A DNA stretch of 60,575 nucleotides from an uncultured Lachnospiraceae bacterium (GCA_944376745.1 CALWDR010000136.1:1-60575); one strand, 5' to 3'; shown: positions 1 to 8,956, counted from the first letter of the stretch. Made by a program: numbers and translations. The notes: generated from the letters alone by a model not told the origin.

Positions 1-1344
1 ATCGATCCGCCCTATAATTCCAGACAGTATTGCGACCTGTATCACCTGTTAGAGAACGTAGCCCGCTGGGATAAACCGGAGGTGTTTGGGGTTGCCAGAA
101 AAATGGATCGGAGGGCGCTGAAAAGTGAATACTGTACACAAAAAGCCACAGCGGCTTTTGAAAAGCTTATAGATTCCGTTCATGCAAAGTATATCTTGCT
201 TTCCTACAACAATATGGAAGAAAAAGGCAATAGCCGTTCCAATGCGAAGATGAGCGATGAGGATATTATGCGCATATTAGAAAAGAAGGGAACGGTTAAG
301 GTGTTTGCGGAAGATTATAAGGCATTTTCCGCAGGCAAATCAGATATTAAAGAAAATCAGGAGAGATTGTTTCTGTGTACCTGCTATGAGGCTCAAAAAG
401 AGGTTATTCCTTCGCCCTTAAATTACACCGGAGGTAAATATAAGCTTCTGTCACAGATATTGCCGCTTTTTCCTAAGAGTGCGGATAAAGTGGTGGATCT
501 GTTTTGCGGCGGCTGCAATGTGGGCATTAATCTGAATTGTAGCAGCGTACAGTTTAATGATTCGAATGAATATTTAATGGGATTATTGAACGTCTTGAAA
601 CGATTGCCAAAGGAGGATATCTTTTCCTGGTTATTTGCGGCTATTCGGAAGTATGATCTTTCCCTTGTGAGCGAAAACGGATATGAATATTATGGCTGCG
701 ACAGTTCAAAAGGATTAGGAGCTTACAATAAACCACGATATCATAAGCTGCGAGATGATTTTAATAAAAAAGCAGAAAAAGACGATGAGTATTATCTCAT
801 GTTATATCTGTTGGTTGTGTATTCTTTTAATAACCAGCTTCGATTCAATAAAAAGGGTGAATTTAATCTGCCTGTGGGGAAACGTGATTTTAATTCCAGA
901 ATGCAGGAAAAATTAGAACGATTTCTTGATAGGATAAAAAGCGGTGATTACAGATTTACCAATTATGATTTCAGAGATGTGGATGTTGCAGATCATACGG
1001 AAAAAAGCTTTTTTTATGCAGATCCTCCGTATTTGATCACTTGTGCGACTTATAATGAGCAGGCAGGATGGACGGAAAAAGATGAAAAGGATTTATTGGC
1101 ATATTTAGAGGAATTGGATCGGAGGGGAATTCGGTTTGCCCTCTCCAATGTGCTGGAAAATAAAGGGAAGGAAAATGTGATACTGGCAGATTGGTTAAAA
1201 AGAAATAAAAGATTCAAGGTAATAAATCTTTCGTATGATTATTCAAATTCGAATTATCATACGAAGCGGGAAGGTGTAACAAGGGAAGTATTAGTGATAA
1301 ATTACGAAAAGGAGCTATGGGGATATGGGAAAAATAGGATTTAG
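1..1344 (+). CDS. DNA N6-adenine methyltransferase with two fused Dam-like (D12 class) domains; 5-prime partial, runs off the window
   Basis: Frame 1 is open from nt 1. It starts with IDPPYNSRQY (motif IV of an upstream domain) and later has ILLSYNN. The second, complete domain has NYTGGKYKLL, motif I DLFCGGCNVG and motif IV FFYADPPY. This FokI-methylase-like tandem layout is typical of type IIS systems. Its stop overlaps the next gene. Confidence 0.85.
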   Translation: MDPPYNSRQYCDLYHLLENVARWDKPEVFGVARKMDRRALKSEYCTQKATAAFEKLIDSVHAKYILLSYNNMEEKGNSRSNAKMSDEDIMRILEKKGTVKVFAEDYKAFSAGKSDIKENQERLFLCTCYEAQKEVIPSPLNYTGGKYKLLSQILPLFPKSADKVVDLFCGGCNVGINLNCSSVQFNDSNEYLMGLLNVLKRLPKEDIFSWLFAAIRKYDLSLVSENGYEYYGCDSSKGLGAYNKPRYHKLRDDFNKKAEKDDEYYLMLYLLVVYSFNNQLRFNKKGEFNLPVGKRDFNSRMQEKLERFLDRIKSGDYRFTNYDFRDVDVADHTEKSFFYADPPYLITCATYNEQAGWTEKDEKDLLAYLEELDRRGIRFALSNVLENKGKENVILADWLKRNKRFKVINLSYDYSNSNYHTKREGVTREVLVINYEKELWGYGKNRI

Positions 1345-3316
1345 AAGCTATTGTTGGGCGATTGGAACCACCAGCTATAGGACAGACAATTTTAATATGA
1401 GCATTGAGCAACAACTGGCGTTGCTGAAAGAATTCCGGGATGGGAATAAGGGCAGGATATGGAACGGGAACAATGCTTTTCAGACGGAGTATTATGAATT
1501 CTTAAAAAGCAGAAATTTTGTGAAGGGAGATGCGCCCAGACCGGATAAGGATGCGAGAGAAAAGACTTCCGGGTTGAGAGATATCGGACTATTGGATGAT
1601 GAGCGGAATATAACAGCGGCAGGAGAGGCGTTGCTTCGAATAGCGGAATCTGGGGATTTTTCCTCTGATAACTTATTGGAAATAGCAAAAGACAGTTATT
1701 TGTATTTCAAACAGCTGCTGAAGACAGCAAATGAGGTGGACGGAAAGATGGTCAGACCCTTTGTTGTGTTCTTGTATGTTATCAGCAGGCTGGACTATTT
1801 GACATATGATGAATTTACATATTTGTTGCCGTTGTGTGTGAATCAGGCAATTACAGATAAAATTATTGATTGTGTTATGTTGTTGAGAAGCGGCAGTTTG
1901 AGTTATGAGGATATCATTGTGTCAGTGCTGATGGATATGGAAAATTACCGGCAGGCACTGGAATTATTGCTGCAGAGTGAAACGGTGAATGAGGATTTGA
2001 TATGTGAAATAGGCATGAACCGTAAGAGTGCGAAATACGATAAGCCTTATTACCAGATTTATCTCTGCCTGCGGAAAATTGTATTGGATAAAGCTGATGT
2101 CACGCTGGACCTGTATGAGGCGACAAAAAAACTGACGAACAGCAAGGTCGGAAGCGCATGGAGAAAATATTTTTATAGAACCAATGCAAGAAACGTTATA
2201 AAACGGGAGGGAGCTTCGGTATTAAATAAAGTTCCTATATTAGAGGCGAATACGGAAGAAGCGTTTCGCAGGGAATTTTTCAGAATCATGCATTTGTTTA
2301 AGGCGAAAGCAACCCTTTCGGATTACTTCGATTTGAACAGGAGATATTTTAAGATCACGGACGTTGTTTTGTTTGAAGATAGTAAAGTAAAGCTGGATGT
2401 GCTTCCAAAATGTTATATCGAAGATATAGCGAAGAAATTACCGGTATTTGCTTTTGAAAAAACAGAATTATTAACGGAGGATGTGGAACTGGAAGAAATT
2501 CATCCTTGCCTGAGGATTGACACGAATAAGCTGTATCAGAAGCTTAGCAGAATTCTCGGCATAACAGTCACAAATAAAGAAACGGCCCGCAAGGTAATTA
2601 AGAGCGAGCGGTACGCTAGGTTTAACAGACTGATTGATGAAAGATTTGATAAGGATACGCTTATTTACTTGTTTCAATGCTTTGAGGATAGAAATGACGA
2701 GGATATACGAAATAGGGTTACGGATAACGCCGATATACCCACCATTTTTGAATATATCATTGGTATCGCATGGTATATCATCAGTGATAGAAAAGGCGAT
2801 GTTCTTGAATATATGAATCTGTCTTTGGAAGCGGATTTGTTGCCCAAGACGCACGCGGGTGGTGGTGAAGCGGATATTGTATGGCATTATGATAAAACAA
2901 AATGGTATCCTAAACATACTCTGTTGATAGAAGCTACATTAGCGGATGGAACGAATCAGCGTCGGATGGAGATGGAGCCGGTATCGAGACACTTGGGGGA
3001 TTATTGTCTGCTGCATCCGGAAGAGGCGGCTTATTGCATATTTGTGACAACTTTTCTTAACATAAATGTGATTTCGGATTTCAGAGCCAGAAAATCTATA
3101 CAATATTATAATTTGGCAGGTACGGAGTATATTACCGGGATGAAGATATTGCCGATACAGACTTCGGAATTGAAGACTATGTTAAGATTTGATGTAAAAT
3201 ATCCGCAGGTCTACAAAATGTTGGACAAGGCTTATAACAGCAACAAAGCGCCCAAAGAGTGGTATGAGGAAAATATTGTAAAAGAGACAGCTTTTTATAA
3301 CGGGCAGGAAATTTGA
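1325..3316 (+). CDS. Type IIS restriction endonuclease/nickase, AlwI-BstNBI-PleI-MlyI family
   Basis: The C-terminal region (FEYIIGIAWYII..LPKTHAGGGEADIVWHY..LLIEATLADGTNQRRMEMEPVSRHLGDY..AYCIFVTTFLN..ILPIQTSELKTML) matches, from memory, the N.BstNBI catalytic region (THAAGNQPDMEIIY..GEVTTSKGATQFKMESEPVTRHY). AAGGAG lies 10 nt upstream of the ATG. The gene overlaps the methylase gene by 20 nt. Confidence 0.8.
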   Translation: MGKIGFRSYCWAIGTTSYRTDNFNMSIEQQLALLKEFRDGNKGRIWNGNNAFQTEYYEFLKSRNFVKGDAPRPDKDAREKTSGLRDIGLLDDERNITAAGEALLRIAESGDFSSDNLLEIAKDSYLYFKQLLKTANEVDGKMVRPFVVFLYVISRLDYLTYDEFTYLLPLCVNQAITDKIIDCVMLLRSGSLSYEDIIVSVLMDMENYRQALELLLQSETVNEDLICEIGMNRKSAKYDKPYYQIYLCLRKIVLDKADVTLDLYEATKKLTNSKVGSAWRKYFYRTNARNVIKREGASVLNKVPILEANTEEAFRREFFRIMHLFKAKATLSDYFDLNRRYFKITDVVLFEDSKVKLDVLPKCYIEDIAKKLPVFAFEKTELLTEDVELEEIHPCLRIDTNKLYQKLSRILGITVTNKETARKVIKSERYARFNRLIDERFDKDTLIYLFQCFEDRNDEDIRNRVTDNADIPTIFEYIIGIAWYIISDRKGDVLEYMNLSLEADLLPKTHAGGGEADIVWHYDKTKWYPKHTLLIEATLADGTNQRRMEMEPVSRHLGDYCLLHPEEAAYCIFVTTFLNINVISDFRARKSIQYYNLAGTEYITGMKILPIQTSELKTMLRFDVKYPQVYKMLDKAYNSNKAPKEWYEENIVKETAFYNGQEI

Positions 3317-3327
3317 GGAGACTGATT

Positions 3328-4011
3328 ATGGATGGAAAGTTAAGTAAAAGTTTAGGACATGATGATCAAAGCGGATTTGAATTTGTAAAGGAGTTATTAG
3401 GGGGAGAAAGTACAGCAGCCATTAATTTTGATAGATTACAAAAACATCCCCGGCTAGGATACATTATTTTTGAATATTTACTATGTGAAGAAGCGCAAAA
3501 AGTCACACCTTTTACCAGTCATCCCAATAGGTATTGGAACAAGAATGCCACTAAATTTCTAGCATTATGGCGGGCGAAACTTGATTTTAATGCTAATTTG
3601 TACTTGGTTAATTATGCTAAGAATGGAACCAGGGCGGAGGATGAAGTATTATTGATAGAGGTACTTGATGTTGATGAAAGTGGGATCACATTAGATAGAA
3701 AGACCAAGTATACACGTAAAGGATTTACAGAATGGTTTAAGAAGTTAAATCGTGAGTGTTTGTCTGACAGATCAAAATTATTAACAGAAATTTATATGCA
3801 CAAAACTGTAGAGGATATTGGAAAGTTGACTTTACAGGGTGGAAGGTATCGTGAGCAAACGATAGAATCAATTTTCTTAAAGGATATAGGGTATTTGGAA
3901 TGGCTGAAAGAAAAAGAGTATCCATATGCATGTGCTGTAAAATGTTATTTAGATAAAATTCAGAAAACACAGGCTTCCCCAAGCGGCGGGCCTGTGGAAA
4001 CGAAAGAGTGA
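3328..4011 (+). CDS. Hypothetical protein, third gene of the R-M island; C-terminus has a DUF3820-like G-x-Y-x..YLxWL motif
   Basis: GAGGAG RBS lies 7 nt before the ATG at 3328. The gene shares the AT-rich composition of the R-M genes and starts right after the endonuclease stop. The C-terminus reads LQGGRYREQTIESIFLKDIGYLEWLKEK. I recognise no family for the N-terminal part. Confidence 0.55.
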   Translation: MDGKLSKSLGHDDQSGFEFVKELLGGESTAAINFDRLQKHPRLGYIIFEYLLCEEAQKVTPFTSHPNRYWNKNATKFLALWRAKLDFNANLYLVNYAKNGTRAEDEVLLIEVLDVDESGITLDRKTKYTRKGFTEWFKKLNRECLSDRSKLLTEIYMHKTVEDIGKLTLQGGRYREQTIESIFLKDIGYLEWLKEKEYPYACAVKCYLDKIQKTQASPSGGPVETKE

Positions 4012-4018
4012 CCGACAA

Positions 4019-5404
4019 ATGGCAAACGATTTTAGAACAGGGAAGGTCTGGCAGAATATCATCGCCCAGTCCATCCCCCTGATCCTGGCACAGTTCGTGC
4101 AGCTTCTTTATAATGTGGTGGACCGGGTGTACCTGGGGCATATGCCGGGGGACAGCAGCATGGCGCTGACCGGGGTGGGGCTGGCCTTCCCCCTGACGAC
4201 GCTGATCGCCGCCTTTACCAACCTGTTCGGAACCGGCGGCGCGCCGCTGTTTTCCATCGCCCGGGGGGCCGGGAACGAGGAGCGGGCCCGGAAGATCCAG
4301 GGAAATACCTTTTCCCTGCTCCTTGGCAGCTCCGTCCTGATCTTTGCCCTCTGCTTTCTGTTCCGGGAGCCGGTTTTGTACCTGTTCGGGGCCAGCGACG
4401 CGTCCTACGTCTACGCGGACGCCTACCTGAAAATATATCTGTTGGGCACGCCCTTCGTGATGCTGGCCACGGGCTTAAACGGCTTTATCAATGCCCAGGG
4501 CTTTCCCAGAATGGGCATGGTCACCATGCTGATCGGGGCGGGGCTGAATCTGGTGTTGGACCCGATCTTCATTTTCGTGTTCCACTGGGGCGTCAGCGGT
4601 GCGGCGGTGGCCACGGTCATCAGCCAGATGGTGTCGGCGCTGTGGGTGCTTTGGTTTCTTATGGGGAAAAGAGTGATCGTGCCTCTGCAAAAAAAGGACA
4701 TGAAGGTGGAGGCCGGGCTGACACGAGAGATTATGAGCCTTGGCATGGCCGGCTTTATCATGCAGGGAACCAACTGCCTGGTGCAGGTGGCCTGCAATGC
4801 CACTTTGAAAATTTACGGCGGCGATCTGTATGTGGGGACCATGACGATCATCAACTCGGTGCGGGATATACTGTCCCTGCCCGTCAGCGGCCTCACCAGC
4901 GGTTCCCAGCCGGTGCTGGGCTATGATTTCGGGGCAAAGCGCTATGACCGCATCCGGCAGGGCATCCGCTTTACGGCATTTTTGGGGATCGCCTACACCC
5001 TTCTGGCCTGGCTGGTGGTGATCACAAGCCCGAAGGCGCTGCTGTCCATTTTTACCTCGGAGCAGGCGTTTCTGGAAGCGGGCGTGGGCGCCTTGAAGCT
5101 CTATTTCTTCGGCTTTTTCTTTATGGCCTTTCAGTTTTCGGGGCAGTCCACCTTCACGGCCCTGGGATACTCCAAACAGGCGATCTTCTTCTCCCTGCTT
5201 CGGAAGGCCTTTATCGTGGTGCCTCTGACCCTGCTGCTGCCGCGGCTGGGGCTTGGGGTGGACGGCGTGTTTGTGGCGGAGCCCATCTCCAATGCCATCG
5301 GCGGGCTGGCCTGTTTCCTTACCATGTATTTCACGGTGTACCGGCGGCTGGGAAGGGAACCTCGGATCGAGAACGGCAAAGGACGACGGAAAGAGAGGTC
5401 CTAA
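4019..5404 (+). CDS. MATE family efflux transporter
   Basis: N-terminus WQNIIAQSIPLILAQFVQLLYNVVDRVYLGHM, about 12 hydrophobic segments and a 461-aa length are typical of MATE proteins. Confidence 0.9.
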   Translation: MANDFRTGKVWQNIIAQSIPLILAQFVQLLYNVVDRVYLGHMPGDSSMALTGVGLAFPLTTLIAAFTNLFGTGGAPLFSIARGAGNEERARKIQGNTFSLLLGSSVLIFALCFLFREPVLYLFGASDASYVYADAYLKIYLLGTPFVMLATGLNGFINAQGFPRMGMVTMLIGAGLNLVLDPIFIFVFHWGVSGAAVATVISQMVSALWVLWFLMGKRVIVPLQKKDMKVEAGLTREIMSLGMAGFIMQGTNCLVQVACNATLKIYGGDLYVGTMTIINSVRDILSLPVSGLTSGSQPVLGYDFGAKRYDRIRQGIRFTAFLGIAYTLLAWLVVITSPKALLSIFTSEQAFLEAGVGALKLYFFGFFFMAFQFSGQSTFTALGYSKQAIFFSLLRKAFIVVPLTLLLPRLGLGVDGVFVAEPISNAIGGLACFLTMYFTVYRRLGREPRIENGKGRRKERS

Positions 5405-5448
5405 GGGCAGACGGAACCATTCAGAAAGAGAGGTCATAAGAGCGGACT

Positions 5449-6129
5449 ATGATAGGAACCATTGTAAATACAGGAACCATATTGGCCGGAAGCCTGCTGG
5501 GCAGCCTGCTGAGAAAAAATATCAAGGAAAAATACCAGAATGCCCTCTATACCGCCATGGGCCTTGCGGCCACCGGTCTGGGGATCAACGCGGTGGTCAG
5601 CAATATGCCGGACAGTAAATATCCCGTGCTTTTTATCGTGAGCCTGGCCCTGGGGAGCCTGCTGGGGACGTTTTTGAACATCGACGGCAGATTTCAGGGG
5701 CTGGTGGGGAAATTTTCCAGGTCCAACCTGGGACAGGGGCTGTCCACGGGAATCCTCCTCTACTGCATCGGCACCCTGTCCATTCTGGGGCCGGTGATGA
5801 GCGCGGTGAACGGGGACCACACCTACCTTTTCACCAACGCGGCCCTGGATTTCGTGACCTCCACGGTGCTGGCCTCCACCTACGGCATCGGCATGGCCCT
5901 GGCCGCGCCCGTGCTGTTCTGCTGGCAGGGTTCCATCTATCTGGTGGCCCGTTACCTGTCCGGCAGCTTCTTTTCGGAGGACATGGTGGCGGCGCTGTGC
6001 ATTGTGGGTGGCTTTCTCATTGCGGCCTCCGGCCTGGGAATCCTGAAGATCCGGGACTGCAAGACCCTGAATATGCTTCCGGCCCTGGCCGTCCCCATTC
6101 TGTTCTTTGTGGTCAGGGGATTTTTCTGA
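5449..6129 (+). CDS. DUF554 (YdfK/YqgA-like) membrane protein
   Basis: MIGTIVNTGTILAGSLLGSLLRKNI.. start and a 226-aa polytopic profile are characteristic of DUF554. Confidence 0.8.
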   Translation: MIGTIVNTGTILAGSLLGSLLRKNIKEKYQNALYTAMGLAATGLGINAVVSNMPDSKYPVLFIVSLALGSLLGTFLNIDGRFQGLVGKFSRSNLGQGLSTGILLYCIGTLSILGPVMSAVNGDHTYLFTNAALDFVTSTVLASTYGIGMALAAPVLFCWQGSIYLVARYLSGSFFSEDMVAALCIVGGFLIAASGLGILKIRDCKTLNMLPALAVPILFFVVRGFF

Positions 6130-6273
6130 GTGGGTTTCCGTTTATGCTCTGCCGCCGGGGGAGGCTTTTGACGGTCCGTTCCTGTAAAAGCGGAAGAAAA
6201 TGCTGGCGGGAGCCGTAGCCAAAAATATATGCCAGAATGTTATGGCGCCGGGAAATCCCCGGCGGTTCTCCCC

Positions 6274-7113
6274 TTACCCCCGGAAATCCTTCGGCAGCCT
6301 GCGGGTGATCCTTTTGAAAACCTCGTAAAAATGCTTGATATCGCTGTAGCCCACCTCGCTGGCGATGTCGGCGACGCGCCAGTCGGTGGTGCCAAGAAGC
6401 CGGCAGGCCTCCTCGATGCGCAGCTCCTGGATGTAGCCGATGGCCGTGGTGCCGGTCAGGGCTTTGAAGGCCCGGGAGAAGGTGGAGACGCTCATGCTGC
6501 ACAGGGCGGCCAGCTCCGCAAGCCGGATCTCCTGGGTGTAGCGGGTGCCGATGTAGTCCAGCGCGTCCAAAAGCTTCCCGGAATTGTCCTTCCCGGCGTG
6601 CAGCCGCAGGCGGAAGATCAGGATGAGAAGCTCTATCAGATACCCCCTTATGATTTCCCGGTATCCCAGCTGCCGGCTCTCATATTCCTTCAGCATGCGC
6701 TGAAAAATATTCTGAATGTGGGCGTTCTCGCCGCTGTCGGCCCGGACGTCGATATAGCTCTGAAAATCGTTGTTGTAAAAATTTCCCAGAAGAAAATGGT
6801 TGTTGACATCGAAAAAATTCCGGCTGCCGGCCAGCACCCTGTCGAAGTAGGCGGGGGTGAAGACGCAGTTGTAGACGGTGAGGGGGCTGTCCCCCGCCGT
6901 GAATTTGTGGGGAATATCATAGTTGATCAGGGTGATGTGCCCCTTCTGCGTGCGAAAGCTGCTGCCGCTGACGGTGTGAGTCCCGCTGCCGTCGGCCACG
7001 TAGGCGATCTCCACAAAGTTGTGGGCGTGGTAGTCCGTTTCCGCATCCACGACGCATCTGTTGATATAGGCGGACCCCGCGCGCAGGGCCTCGTCGATCT
7101 CACTGTAGGCCAT
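6274..7113 (-). CDS. AraC family transcriptional regulator (N-terminal cupin, C-terminal dual HTH)
   Basis: C-terminus IRLAELAALCSMSVSTFSRAFKALTG..YIQELRIEEACRLL..VADIASEVGYSDIKHFYEVFKR is a canonical AraC HTH. It is divergent from the URO-D gene. Confidence 0.9.
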   Translation of the reverse strand: MAYSEIDEALRAGSAYINRCVVDAETDYHAHNFVEIAYVADGSGTHTVSGSSFRTQKGHITLINYDIPHKFTAGDSPLTVYNCVFTPAYFDRVLAGSRNFFDVNNHFLLGNFYNNDFQSYIDVRADSGENAHIQNIFQRMLKEYESRQLGYREIIRGYLIELLILIFRLRLHAGKDNSGKLLDALDYIGTRYTQEIRLAELAALCSMSVSTFSRAFKALTGTTAIGYIQELRIEEACRLLGTTDWRVADIASEVGYSDIKHFYEVFKRITRRLPKDFRG

Positions 7114-7255
7114 AATGACAAAATACCCCCATAAATGAAGTAGGAATCCCTATTGAGAGAAAGTGTAGCACATTTTATAATAATGTGCAAGAAAATATCG
7201 GCAGTGTAAAGCAGCCTACAAAAAACGGAGTTAAAATGTCGGAGGAGGAAAATTC

Positions 7256-8215
7256 ATGACGTCGAGAGAACTGGTGATAAAGACCATGAAGGGCGAGAAC
7301 CCGGGAAGGACGCCCGTCTATGGCTGGGTATTATTTGAGCTGGAGGAGCCCATTACGAGAGCATTTGGCTCGGTGGCTAATTTTGAGGATCACTATGAAT
7401 TTGATCTGGCCCACATTTTCGGAGGGCCCGACCCCTTCCGAAACTGCCTGACTCCTCTCAGGGAGCAGGGGGTCGAGATCACGCCGGAAATTTTGCTGGA
7501 TGTGGAATTTGACGGGATCGACAGCGAGAGCGACTATGAGGATGTCAGGAGAAGCCTGGCCCATCACAGGCAGCGGGACCGGTTCTGTTATATGCAGACG
7601 CCGGGTATTTTCGAGGCTTTAAACGGCGTGTTCGGCATCGAAAATCATCTGCTGTATATGGCGCTTTATCCCGATGAGCTTAAGGAGGTCTACCGGAAAA
7701 TGGCGGACTGGAACATCCAAAATGCCAGCCACTTGATGGACCTGGGCGTGGACGGGATTCATGTGTCCGACGACTGGGGCTCCCAGAAGGCGCTGCTGTT
7801 CAGCCCTGCCATGTTAAAGGAGATGATCGTGCCCCAGCACAAACGGATGGCAGCCCAGTGTAAGAAACGGGGCGTCATGACCAGCCTCCACAGCGACGGC
7901 TGTATCGTGCCGGCCCTGGACAGCATTGTGGAGATCGGATATGATTTTATTCATCCCTGGCAGGAAAACTGTCACATGCCCTACTCCCTTTACCTGGAAA
8001 AATATCAGGATAAATTCGGAATCCTGGGCGGCGTCTGCGTGCAGTCCACCCTGGGCTTTGGCAATTTTGAGCGTGTGGAGACGGAGATCAGGCGGGTATT
8101 TTCCCTGCTGAAGGGAAAGCGCTGGGCCTGCTGCACCACCCATTTCGTGGAGAGCACCTGCTCCATGGAGGAGCTGACCTTCGCCTTTGACCTGATCCGG
8201 AAGTTGGCCGCCTAA
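7256..8215 (+). CDS. Uroporphyrinogen decarboxylase (URO-D) family protein, MtaA/CmuA-like
   Basis: Has KGENPGRTPVYGW near the N-terminus, and further downstream GVDGIHVSDDWGSQ and LHSDGCIVPALDSIVEIGYDFIHPWQE. Length is 319 aa, with a GGAGGAGG RBS. Confidence 0.75.
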   Translation: MTSRELVIKTMKGENPGRTPVYGWVLFELEEPITRAFGSVANFEDHYEFDLAHIFGGPDPFRNCLTPLREQGVEITPEILLDVEFDGIDSESDYEDVRRSLAHHRQRDRFCYMQTPGIFEALNGVFGIENHLLYMALYPDELKEVYRKMADWNIQNASHLMDLGVDGIHVSDDWGSQKALLFSPAMLKEMIVPQHKRMAAQCKKRGVMTSLHSDGCIVPALDSIVEIGYDFIHPWQENCHMPYSLYLEKYQDKFGILGGVCVQSTLGFGNFERVETEIRRVFSLLKGKRWACCTTHFVESTCSMEELTFAFDLIRKLAA

Positions 8216-8320
8216 GTCAGAAGCTGGCTGTCTGATCCGGAAGCTGGCCGCCTGATCCGGAAGCTGGCCGCTTGATCCGGAAACTGGCTGCCTGATCTGG
8301 AAATTGGCTGCCTGAAATTA
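8193..8320. repeat. Tandem repeat, 20-bp unit (TGATCCGGAAGCTGGCCGCC), about 6.4 copies, starting inside the last codons of the URO-D gene
   Basis: Units start at 8193, 8213, 8233, 8253, 8273 and 8293, with a partial unit at 8313. Unit 1 is the CDS end (LIRKLAA). Copies diverge with distance from the gene. Confidence 0.9.
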
Positions 8321-8366
8321 TGCAGGCGGCAATGGCAACTTAGCACCGCCATCCGGCAGCTTACGA

Positions 8367-8399
8367 GAAATCCCCTTGAAGCCTCAAGGGGATTTTGTT
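8367..8399 (+). terminator. Rho-independent terminator candidate
   Basis: AAATCCCCTTGA-agcc-TCAAGGGGATTT is followed by TGTT. Confidence 0.6.
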
Positions 8400-8412
8400 A
8401 TAGTGGAGAAAA

Positions 8413-8493
8413 CACAGGGCACCCGGCATCCCTGGATGCCATTCGGCAGAACCAAGGAATCGCCCTGTGGGCATCCCTGGATGCCATTCGGCA
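8413..8493 (+). promoter_or_regulatory. Two copies (45-bp period) of the palindromic motif GGCATCCCTGGATGCCATTCGGCA upstream of the LytTR gene
   Basis: Copies lie at 8425-8448 and 8470-8493. The core GGCATCC-CT-GGATGCC is a 16-bp palindrome. CACAGGGC (8413) and GCCCTGTG (8462) bracket copy 1. A third copy lies at 58401-58433. Confidence 0.7.
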
Positions 8494-8515
8494 AAAATAA
8501 GGAGAGGAGCGGAAC

Positions 8516-8956
8516 GTGAAGATCAACATCGACGCAAACGGTAAAAATAAAGAGCTGGAGATCTCCATCCGATGCAGCGGGCTGACGCCGGAGCTTATGC
8601 GGGTCATCGCCATGCTGCGGCTTCTGGATCTGCAGCTGACGGGTTTTCGGGACGGGGAGACCCATCTCATTGACGCAGCGCAGGTGCTCTACATCGACAC
8701 GGTGGAACGGAAAACCTTTCTCTACACCAGGGACGCGGTTTACGAGACGGGCCTGCATCTGTATGAGCTGGAGGAACAACTGGGGGACCGGGGATTTTTC
8801 CGTATCAACAAATCCTGTATCATGAACTGGAACCATGTGTCCTCGCTGAAATCAGAGCTTGACAGGCGGATTCGGGCCACCATGGACAATGGGGAGCAGC
8901 TCATGGTCTCCCGGCAGTATGTGGCCAAGGTGAAGGAAAGGTTAGGTGTGAATTAG
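8516..8956 (+). CDS. LytTR family DNA-binding protein (no receiver domain)
   Basis: VLYIDTVERKTFLYTRDAVYETGLHLYELEEQL..FFRINKSCIMNWNHV is the LytTR signature. GTG start follows AAGGAGAGGAG. Confidence 0.85.
   Translation: MKINIDANGKNKELEISIRCSGLTPELMRVIAMLRLLDLQLTGFRDGETHLIDAAQVLYIDTVERKTFLYTRDAVYETGLHLYELEEQLGDRGFFRINKSCIMNWNHVSSLKSELDRRIRATMDNGEQLMVSRQYVAKVKERLGVN

Noticed and set aside
8193-8320. Possible CRISPR array, suggested by regularly spaced 20-bp repeats.
   Set aside because: The units are directly adjacent with no unique spacers. The repeats are too short, they decay in identity, they begin inside a CDS, and no cas genes are present in the window.
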